Shown: piece by piece, positions 10,011-17,825 of the stretch
Position numbering within the stretch: position 1 is the first letter of the stretch
How the letters are laid out: each line of letters starts with the position of its first letter
From: Candidatus Poseidoniaceae archaeon
Lineage (GTDB): Archaea > Thermoplasmatota > Poseidoniia > Poseidoniales > Poseidoniaceae
Direction: 5' to 3'
Length of the DNA stretch: 64,000 nt
Assembly (NCBI GenBank): GCA_028822845.1
Contig: JAPKCS010000002.1
Coordinates: 4,916-68,915 of the forward strand
Notes under the pieces: generated by a model
What the model was told of the DNA's origin: nothing
What the model saw: only the letters and a program-made list of their open reading frames with translations
The model's database searches: none
Made by a program: the position numbers and the translations under genes

Positions 10011-12533
10011 ATGATACCGAGCGCAAGCAAGAGTACTGAGGCACTCGACGCAGCACGCAAGAAGCGTGAAAATGCGGACACAGTAGCGCTTTCAGCCCTC
10101 CGTTCACAATTCACTTCAACGGCCACCAGTTCCCTCGACCAAGCAACAATGACCTCTGCTCGATTCCGACAAGAGGAGCGCCTCCGTGCCGATCTACGAC
10201 GTGAACGCCGCCTGCGTCAACAGGCGATCACAGAACGCGTTTCAGTCATGCAAGAAGCTCTTGCAGCCGACCTTGCAGTTCAGCATGAACTGACCCTTGA
10301 TCAACTCGAAAAAGAAATGCGAGAAGCCATGGAACAGGATTTGAGCATGCTCGAGCATGACGCTCTTGCCCGTGAAGAATCCCGCATGCGCAGTGAACTC
10401 GATCTCCGACTCAACCGTCAGCTGGATTCCATGCGCGACCAGTTCGAAGTTGAACAAGACCGTCGACTCGACGAACACCGCGACCAACTCAAAGCCCAAA
10501 TCGAGGCTCAACTCCACGATGAGCACCGTCAACGTCTCGACATTCAAAAGGAACGACTATCGCTCGATTTCAACCAACAACTCCAGCACCGAATCCGTGA
10601 GATTGAAGCCGACATCCATGAGGAGATGGAACACCGCTTCACTGAAATGGAATCCAGCGAGATCTCTCGCTTAGAAGAAGGCCACAGCGCTCGCCTAGCC
10701 GAACGTGAAGAACAACTTCGCCGTGGTATTCGTACCCGCCTTGAGCAACAATTGCGCACCCGTCTAAAGCAGAGAGAGGCACGTTTGAAGTCCGAATACG
10801 AACGTCGCAGCCTTCGCTTGGAAGAGGACATTGCTGAACAACTGCAATCCGAACTTGAAGGACGCCTTCGTCAAGAGACCGACGATCTCGAAGAACGAAT
10901 GCGCGAGGATGTTGAACTCGCCATCGCTCGACGCCGTGATGAACTGCGTGTTGAAATCGAGCAGCAACTCCAAGCTCGCCACTCTGAAAGGCTTGCTGAA
11001 CGGAAGTCGAGGCTACGAGAGAAGTACGATATCACCTTCTCCAAAGCAATCGATGACATCTCTCGAACGCTCAAATCCGATGTGGAAGTCGAACTTGAAC
11101 ACCGCATGGATGAGGAATTCACCTCCTACCGCAGCGCACGAGAGGCAGAAATCCAAAACCGGCTCGCAAGGTTCCGCTACGAACGTGAAGCAGAACTACG
11201 AACGCAGCTTGAAGATCAATATGATTCGAAGAAGACCGACTGGTCCGAACGCCTCGAACTCGAATTCCAATCCCGTGAAGCATCCGCTCGCAAAGCCATC
11301 ATGTCTGAAGTGGATGCCGGCCTGCGCAATGAGCGTTTGACCTTCGAAACCGACTTGGACATGCTCAAGGAAGAAACCTCCCTTGAACTGGAAGTCGACA
11401 TGGAAGAACGCCTCAACACATTCAGGGAACGCAAGGAAGAGGAAGTCGCGGTTCAACTCGAGCGTCAACTCGACAAGCGTGAAGAGATCATGCGAAACAA
11501 AGCCCTCATCGATGTTCGAAAGCGTGAGGCTCACATTCGTGCTGAGATCGAGGCCCAACTTGGACTTAAGCGTGCAGAAATCCGCAACCGTTTGCAAGGG
11601 CTCACCGAAAAGATGGACGCCTTCAAGGAAATGGCCGAGGATAAAATGCGAGACGCAGTCACAAAGCAAGTTCAAGGCGAAATCGATAGCGAAGAAGAAG
11701 ACTATCAATCCCGAGAATCTGAATTCAACGACCTCCAATCCACCGATACACGTGCTGAGAAGCGACAGATGTGGATGCAATCCATCTCTGGTCAAAACGC
11801 TCCTGGCCAAGCATCGGCGACCATGGACCCCTCTGCTTTGGGCGCACGCCCGGATGCACTTGGTGCAGCAGCAGGACGGCCAATGCGGGGCATGCTCGCT
11901 GAACAAGCCCCTCAGCAATCCCGAATGGGACTTGCTGGCATGCGTGCCCCTTCGAGTTCCAAGCCATTGACAATGCCCGGTACTCCTCTGGTGAAGCCAA
12001 TCAAATCCCCATTGGGACCCAACAGTGCTCCAACACTGGTTCAGCCCATTCAGCCAAAGATCGTCCGAACACCGATGCAACCTGCAGGACAGTTGGTCCA
12101 GCCAAACGTAACACCGGAAATTGATGACGTGCCCTTGCCGGCTTCCGAAGTCGAAACACCAACCATCGAAGAGGCAGTACCCGAATCAACAGCAGAGTTG
12201 GAGGCAGCTGTAGCCCAAGAAATCGACGCTGTGCAAACAATCGTCGACGAACCTGCTGCTGCGGATGAAGAAACTGCTGTTATGCGCCCAATCACCACTG
12301 TGTTGACGGCTGCTGGTGAACCTGAAACGGTGAAGACCGCTTTGCTCACACCTGTGCCACAGCAACTGATGCCCAAAAAATCCCGCGGCGCTCCACCGAG
12401 CAAGAGCCGAGAAAAGGCCATGGTAGAGACTGTGGATGAGGAGAACGCCTCAACTACGACGCTCACACCGCTTCGTCGGATGACCCCGTTGAAGATCAAC
12501 AAGGTGGAAGAAGACAAAGACGAAGACGAGTGA
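10011..12533 (+). CDS. Long E/R/L-rich coiled-coil protein with disordered Pro/Thr-rich C-terminal tail
   Basis: About 590 aa of essentially proline-free charged helical sequence, then low-complexity tail; no ATPase motif, signal peptide or TM. Confidence 0.8.
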   Translation: MIPSASKSTEALDAARKKRENADTVALSALRSQFTSTATSSLDQATMTSARFRQEERLRADLRRERRLRQQAITERVSVMQEALAADLAVQHELTLDQLEKEMREAMEQDLSMLEHDALAREESRMRSELDLRLNRQLDSMRDQFEVEQDRRLDEHRDQLKAQIEAQLHDEHRQRLDIQKERLSLDFNQQLQHRIREIEADIHEEMEHRFTEMESSEISRLEEGHSARLAEREEQLRRGIRTRLEQQLRTRLKQREARLKSEYERRSLRLEEDIAEQLQSELEGRLRQETDDLEERMREDVELAIARRRDELRVEIEQQLQARHSERLAERKSRLREKYDITFSKAIDDISRTLKSDVEVELEHRMDEEFTSYRSAREAEIQNRLARFRYEREAELRTQLEDQYDSKKTDWSERLELEFQSREASARKAIMSEVDAGLRNERLTFETDLDMLKEETSLELEVDMEERLNTFRERKEEEVAVQLERQLDKREEIMRNKALIDVRKREAHIRAEIEAQLGLKRAEIRNRLQGLTEKMDAFKEMAEDKMRDAVTKQVQGEIDSEEEDYQSRESEFNDLQSTDTRAEKRQMWMQSISGQNAPGQASATMDPSALGARPDALGAAAGRPMRGMLAEQAPQQSRMGLAGMRAPSSSKPLTMPGTPLVKPIKSPLGPNSAPTLVQPIQPKIVRTPMQPAGQLVQPNVTPEIDDVPLPASEVETPTIEEAVPESTAELEAAVAQEIDAVQTIVDEPAAADEETAVMRPITTVLTAAGEPETVKTALLTPVPQQLMPKKSRGAPPSKSREKAMVETVDEENASTTTLTPLRRMTPLKINKVEEDKDEDE

Positions 12534-12609
12534 CTAACGCTTTGACTGTCATAAACCACTGATGCTGCGCATCGGCTCCTTCATATCGATTGAGGGATTG
12601 GGATAAGCC

Positions 12610-15042
12610 ATGAAGCGTTTCCTCGCTCTTCTCATCGCCTTTACAATGCTGCCTCTGGTGGCATTTGGTCCAGCTGTTGCAGCAAGCGATGTGGAACTGA
12701 TCGATGCGGGATACACGCATCAGACTTCGAATAAATTGGTTCACTGGGAGGTCATGAATGACGGGACGGTATTGACCGTCGACGTCGAGGGTAACCTCAC
12801 GGTCAATGCCTTCAGCAACGGGATACTTGTCCCTCTCTGGAACCTCGATTTGGCCGTAAGCGCCAACGGAGCGAGACTGGATGATGCCCAACTCTTGACG
12901 GCTGTTGCCCACGACGGAGGTGTGCTTGTGGTTCACATGGACCTTCAAATTGCGAACCGGAACATTTCCACTGACGCTCCAGTCAATGACATGGATTGGG
13001 ATTCCGAAGGCGACCTGTGGCTTGCGCACTTTGCAGGTCGGCGCCGTGCAGAAGAATACGCCTCTGACGGGGCGACTGGCACCTTTTCTCCACCTGTTCA
13101 AACCGGTTTCAACTCCTTCGTTGTTCTTGCTGACGGGCGAATGGCGCTGGGTGGCTACGACTCAAAAGTTCACATTTCTGACAACGGTGGTACCCTCTTG
13201 ACCACCCTCACTGAACCAGGCGGCATCATCAATGCTCTGTTCGAAGATCACGATGGCCACCTCATCGTCGGCGCAGCGAACGGAGCGATTTACCGCTATG
13301 ACACAAATTCGTGGGCGGTGGAAACCCTTGCACTTAGCCATGGCTCTTCGATTATTCACCTCGAAGAACTTGACAACAGCACCTACATCGCAGGTACCCA
13401 AAACGGAAAATTAACAATGATTGACGGGGCTACCTTTGTCGAAGGCGAAACCTACACCTCGCAGGGGGCAGTCACGGGTTCAGCCACCCCTTTCACGGGT
13501 GAGGTCTACATCGTCACCTCCTTCCTTTCCTACTCCAAGATACGCCTCTACGATCTTGACACAGACGGCGACGGCGTCACCGATACCAACGATGCCTTTC
13601 CAAATGAAATCACTCAATGGTACGATGAGGATTTGGATGGCTATGGTGACAACATCGACGGTTTCATGGGGGATCAATTCCCGAACGACGGAACTCAGTT
13701 TGTCGATGCCGATGGGGACGGTCATGGTGACAACCCAGCTGGAACAGAAGGCGACCTTTTCCCAAACAATGCTGACCAGTGGGAAGACATGGACGGCGAT
13801 GGCTACGGTGACAACGAACAGGGCCTCGACGGGGATATGTTCCCAGAGGAACCAACGCAGTGGATGGATTCAGACCTCGATGGCTACGGGAGCAACCCCA
13901 ATGGCTTGATGCCTGATGCTTGCCCAACCACGAATGGATTTTCAAAATACGACCGCTATGGGTGCTCTGACACCGACCTTGACGGTTATTCCAACCCCGA
14001 TGACGGCTTTGGTGTCGAACAAGGGGCAGATGCATTGCCATCACAAGGCACACAATGGCTCGATCAAGACGGCGATGGCTTTGGTGACAACACCACTGGC
14101 TTGCTGCCTGATGCCTGCCCTTGGGAATACGGTAACTCCACCCGTGCATGGATTCCAAACGCCACGTCGGCGAGCGGTTTCGTTGAAGTCATCTCAAATG
14201 GTTGTGAAGACCTTGATGGCGATGGTTGGGTTGATCGAACCGAATCCATTGGCATGGATACCGATCCAGATGAACACTTTGATGCCGATAAAGACGGCGT
14301 TGGTTCCAACACTGATTACGATGACAGTCGTCCGCTGGTTCAAACCGAAACGGACCACTGCATGTTGAATTTCGATGATCTTTCCGACGCCTGCATGGGT
14401 TGGCGAAGTGAAGCTTACCAATCGTACTTGTCGCGAGACAAAGACGCCAACGAAAGCGATTACTCCTATGCAGCCTGGAACGCGAGCAAGAACGCTGGCC
14501 TTCTCGACTCGGGCCTCGATGTTGACAGCAACACCCTCAAGCAAGTCATCGCCGTTGGCGGTGTTGCCTTTGCGCTCCTCTCGCTGATCATCGTTGGTGT
14601 TGGCGCCGTCAGTAAACGACGCAAGTCTCAGGCCAACATCAAAATTTACGGGACAGCCCTCCCCCCAGATAAGGGGACGAAAACAGCCTCAGTGGAAGCT
14701 TTGGAAGGCACTGCTGGTCTTTCAGCCCAAGGTGGGGTTGAATCGGACTCTGCTTGGGATGAAGACGTAGTCAGCCTCGATTTCACGGTGAATGATGAAG
14801 ACCTCAATGTCGATGATGCATCTAGCGAATCGATCGATGCTTCGACCCTCTATGGCGAAGAAGACAGCCTCGAAGCCATCGCAGGTATGCCAGCACCTGT
14901 TGCGGCCGAAGAACCACCGTCCGAACAAGCCGCAGAAGTCCCGGCAGCAGCGCCACCAATTCCAGCAACAGGTCTACCAGAGGGTTGGACCACGGACCAA
15001 TGGAAATGGTACGGACAAGAGTGGCTTGACAAGCAAAAGTGA
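12610..15042 (+). CDS. Cell-surface protein: beta-propeller, thrombospondin type-3-like DxDGDG repeats, TM helix, cytoplasmic acidic tail with Trp-rich end motif
   Basis: Signal peptide; WD40-like strands; more than 10 D-x-D-x-D-G repeats (DTDGDGVTDTNDAFP, DADGDGHGDN...); TM VIAVGGVAFALLSLIIVGVGAV-SKRRK; terminal GLPEGWTTDQWKWYGQEWL. Confidence 0.85.
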   Translation: MKRFLALLIAFTMLPLVAFGPAVAASDVELIDAGYTHQTSNKLVHWEVMNDGTVLTVDVEGNLTVNAFSNGILVPLWNLDLAVSANGARLDDAQLLTAVAHDGGVLVVHMDLQIANRNISTDAPVNDMDWDSEGDLWLAHFAGRRRAEEYASDGATGTFSPPVQTGFNSFVVLADGRMALGGYDSKVHISDNGGTLLTTLTEPGGIINALFEDHDGHLIVGAANGAIYRYDTNSWAVETLALSHGSSIIHLEELDNSTYIAGTQNGKLTMIDGATFVEGETYTSQGAVTGSATPFTGEVYIVTSFLSYSKIRLYDLDTDGDGVTDTNDAFPNEITQWYDEDLDGYGDNIDGFMGDQFPNDGTQFVDADGDGHGDNPAGTEGDLFPNNADQWEDMDGDGYGDNEQGLDGDMFPEEPTQWMDSDLDGYGSNPNGLMPDACPTTNGFSKYDRYGCSDTDLDGYSNPDDGFGVEQGADALPSQGTQWLDQDGDGFGDNTTGLLPDACPWEYGNSTRAWIPNATSASGFVEVISNGCEDLDGDGWVDRTESIGMDTDPDEHFDADKDGVGSNTDYDDSRPLVQTETDHCMLNFDDLSDACMGWRSEAYQSYLSRDKDANESDYSYAAWNASKNAGLLDSGLDVDSNTLKQVIAVGGVAFALLSLIIVGVGAVSKRRKSQANIKIYGTALPPDKGTKTASVEALEGTAGLSAQGGVESDSAWDEDVVSLDFTVNDEDLNVDDASSESIDASTLYGEEDSLEAIAGMPAPVAAEEPPSEQAAEVPAAAPPIPATGLPEGWTTDQWKWYGQEWLDKQK

Positions 15043-15062
15043 TTCAATTCACTTGAACAGTC

Positions 15063-15317
15063 TCAACGCCAAACAATCGGTAAAGCATCTCGAAGAGCGC
15101 CTAATTCCTCACCGGTGTACACTGGCTTTCCGTCCTTCTTCAGGGTGTTCATAATCAGCCATAACACACCGTTCCAGGCAAGAGGGCGAGCAAAGATTTC
15201 GACATAGCCACATGCGGCTGCTTGGAGGAGTTTTCCTTCGTCGGTGTTCTCACTGAACAAGGCACGTACCAAATTACGAGCATCAAACTCGTAGCCAGGT
15301 GGTCGCCATTCCATCAT
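15063..15317 (-). CDS. Small protein resembling a truncated/degenerate PIN-domain N-terminus
   Basis: YEFDARNLVRALFS resembles the PIN beta1-alpha1 (xxDTNvlvxal); only 84 aa; starts 4 bp after the stop of the upstream RHH gene. Confidence 0.55.
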   Translation of the reverse strand: MMEWRPPGYEFDARNLVRALFSENTDEGKLLQAAACGYVEIFARPLAWNGVLWLIMNTLKKDGKPVYTGEELGALRDALPIVWR

Positions 15318-15321
15318 GGGA

Positions 15322-15549
15322 TCACACCTTGAATGGAGCGAGGTTCAAACGATCGACCAGGTGTTCGACTTCAACATCTGCAACGGCTTTCATCCGTTCT
15401 CGTAATGTTTCAATTTCGCCGTCCATTTTAGCAATTTTATGAGCCCGAACGATGTCAGTGAGCAATTCATTGACACTCTTGTGCCCACTTGTGCTCCGCA
15501 TGGTGTTCAACTGACGTCGAACTTCGTAACTCACACTTACAGAGGTCAT
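15322..15549 (-). CDS. Ribbon-helix-helix DNA-binding protein
   Basis: TSVSVS (alternating beta strand)-YEVRRQLNTMR-STSGHK-SVNELLTDIV matches the RHH pattern; GGTGA SD precedes ATG 15549 (alternative start 15564). Confidence 0.7.
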   Translation of the reverse strand: MTSVSVSYEVRRQLNTMRSTSGHKSVNELLTDIVRAHKIAKMDGEIETLRERMKAVADVEVEHLVDRLNLAPFKV

Positions 15550-15673
15550 TCCTTCACCTGTCATCGCAATCCCTGCTCATGACTGCGTTGTTTAGGCTAC
15601 TTAACCCCCGCGAAGGAAGCGTTGCTGAATCGAGCGGTTTGAGACCCTTCACCAGCCGTCCAAGGCCTGATTT

Positions 15674-16633
15674 TCACTGCTTGTTCTTTTGCAGAAGAAG
15701 GCGCGGTTCTTCATTCACGCCGAATTCTCGGCGCATTTCTTGCACCCTTTGGTGAAATTCTTTTGCCAGAGTCCAGTATTCGAGGGAACCTGCACCTGCA
15801 CCTGAATTGGTTGGTTTGTTGAGCAGAACTGTTGGTGCTCCACTCCAGGGTGCTTCTGCAACCTTGACTAACCTACGAACAGTGGTTTTAAACAACTTAT
15901 TCGGCATTTTCTTGTTGACTTCATCGCAAACATGCCGACTGAGTTTTGATCGAGCATCAACCATGGTCATGGCAATTCCGAAAATTTTCAAGTTGCGGTT
16001 GATGCGTCGTTGAATCATTTTGATTGAGTTCATCAGCATACTGAATCCTTCGAGTGCGTAATACTCTGCCTGAACAGGGACCATGACCCAGTTGGCGGCA
16101 CACATGGCGTTGATGGACAAGAGTCCCAATGAGGGTGGAGTGTCGATGATGATGTAGTCGAATTCATCGATGATCGGCATCAAAGCTTCCCGCAGTCGGG
16201 TCTCACGGCCAATTTTGTGACTCAATTCAATCTCAGCACCTGAGAGATGAATGTCACTGGGAAGGAGCCACAAATGACCAACTGAGACGTTATCCGGTGC
16301 CTTCTTGTTGTTGTTGCGCATGCTCCAAGCATCCTGCATTGATTCGGTGAGTTCCTCGGGACCGATGAGGTATTCTTCCATCAGTGGAAGGTCTTCACCG
16401 GAATCGTTGGTGAGTAAATCATAGGAGGTTTTCTTGACGTTTTTCTTTTCAACACCAAACGAAGTGGCACAGTTTCCCTGCGGATCTAAATCGATCAGCA
16501 ACACCTTGGCCTTTGGAAGTCCCTGGCGAGGTGACCCCTTGGCAAGTGCTGCAGCTAGGTTCACTGCAGTGGTTGTTTTTGCACAGCCACCCTTTTGATT
16601 TGCAACGGCTATAACCATCTTGTATGGGTTCAT
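15674..16633 (-). CDS. parA: ParA/Soj-family ATPase
   Basis: IAVANQKGGCAKTTT, LIDLDPQGN, IIIDTPPSLG, VPVQAEYYALEG; strong SD GAGGAGGTGA before ATG 16633. Confidence 0.93.
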   Translation of the reverse strand: MNPYKMVIAVANQKGGCAKTTTAVNLAAALAKGSPRQGLPKAKVLLIDLDPQGNCATSFGVEKKNVKKTSYDLLTNDSGEDLPLMEEYLIGPEELTESMQDAWSMRNNNKKAPDNVSVGHLWLLPSDIHLSGAEIELSHKIGRETRLREALMPIIDEFDYIIIDTPPSLGLLSINAMCAANWVMVPVQAEYYALEGFSMLMNSIKMIQRRINRNLKIFGIAMTMVDARSKLSRHVCDEVNKKMPNKLFKTTVRRLVKVAEAPWSGAPTVLLNKPTNSGAGAGSLEYWTLAKEFHQRVQEMRREFGVNEEPRLLLQKNKQ

Positions 16634-16703
16634 CTTTTCACCTCCTCGTACATGTTGAGGAGAGGGGTTCTCCCCTTTGAATGCAACCACAGCGGTTCAA
16701 ACT

Positions 16704-17714
16704 TCAAGCCGGTTGGATGACGGGTACTGGGACTTCCGAGAGGATCTTCCTCACGATGTGCATGCCAGTAATGCCCCGAATCTTTGCTTCAGGCTTCATG
16801 TTGATACGGTGGGAAATGATCTGCAAAGCGATGCCTTTGATGTCGTCTGGAATGACATAGTTTCGTCCAGCGATTGCAGCAGCAGCACGTCCAGTCTTGA
16901 ACAAAGACTGGGATGCACGAGGCGAAGCGCCGTTGGTAACTCGGTGATCTTCACGTGTTCGCTGAACGATTTCAACGATGTAGGAGAGGATGGCTGGGTC
17001 AACATGAACTGTTTCCAAGGCTTTTTGCATGGCAACCACCTTCTTTGGCGAGGTGATTTGCAGAACATCGTGGCCGTCCTTTCCGCGCAACTTCCGTCGT
17101 GCTAGGATTGCTTTTTCTTCAGCTCGGTCAGGGTAGCCCATGCTCATCTTCATCAAGAATCGGTCCATTTGTGCCTCAGGGAGAGGGTAGGTTCCTTCTT
17201 GTTCGATAGGATTCTGAGTTGCGATAACGACGAACGGTGCTGGTAGTTTGTGGGTGATACCCTCAATCGTCACTTGCTTTTCTTCCATGGCTTCTAGGAG
17301 AGCAGCTTGCGTCTTTGGCGGTGCACGGTTAATCTCGTCTGCCAGCAGAACGTTGGAGAACAAAGGACCGGCTCGCAGCTTGAATTCTCCTTCCTTTTGA
17401 TCGTACATGTAGGTCCCCATGATGTCGGAGGGGAGCAAATCGGGGGTGAATTGGACTCGCTTGAACTTGCAGCCGAGTGCTTGTGCAAACGTGTTTGCCA
17501 ACAGGGTCTTTGCCAAACCTGGGAAATCTTCCAGCAGTATGTTGCCGTTTGACAAAATACCGACGGTAACCCGTCGCAGGTTCTCGTTCTTACCGATGAT
17601 GACCTTGCTGACTTCGTTCATTAAACTGTTTGAAATGGCCGAAACAGTACCAATCAAATCTTGAGTTCCGGGGTTTTGACCCATTGCGGGTGCTGCTGTG
17701 AATCCTGCTTCCAT
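16704..17714 (-). CDS. moxR: MoxR-family AAA+ ATPase
   Basis: LLEDFPGLAKT, RVQFTPDLLPSDI, LADEINRAPPKTQAALLEAMEE, ATQNPIEQEGTYPLPEAQMDRF. Confidence 0.95.
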   Translation of the reverse strand: MEAGFTAAPAMGQNPGTQDLIGTVSAISNSLMNEVSKVIIGKNENLRRVTVGILSNGNILLEDFPGLAKTLLANTFAQALGCKFKRVQFTPDLLPSDIMGTYMYDQKEGEFKLRAGPLFSNVLLADEINRAPPKTQAALLEAMEEKQVTIEGITHKLPAPFVVIATQNPIEQEGTYPLPEAQMDRFLMKMSMGYPDRAEEKAILARRKLRGKDGHDVLQITSPKKVVAMQKALETVHVDPAILSYIVEIVQRTREDHRVTNGASPRASQSLFKTGRAAAAIAGRNYVIPDDIKGIALQIISHRINMKPEAKIRGITGMHIVRKILSEVPVPVIQPA

Positions 17715-17825
17715 GTTGAAGGCCTCCAAAGGACAAGTAACCAACCCCACCCTTCCATATATGAATGTGAGGGGGTCGCAAGTCAACAATGTGTCAGCCG
17801 TTTGCGTTTTCGACACCAACACTCA

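Noticed and set aside
11196-12080. Long antisense and alternate-frame ORFs (this 294-aa one and many others in the track)
   Set aside because: Fully overlap well-supported genes and have no recognisable motifs; shadow ORFs
10011-12533. SMC/Rad50 call for the coiled-coil ORF
   Set aside because: No Walker A/B, signature motif, hinge or zinc hook
13555-14330. DNA-level tandem repeats
   Set aside because: Explained by protein DxDGDG repeats with divergent codons
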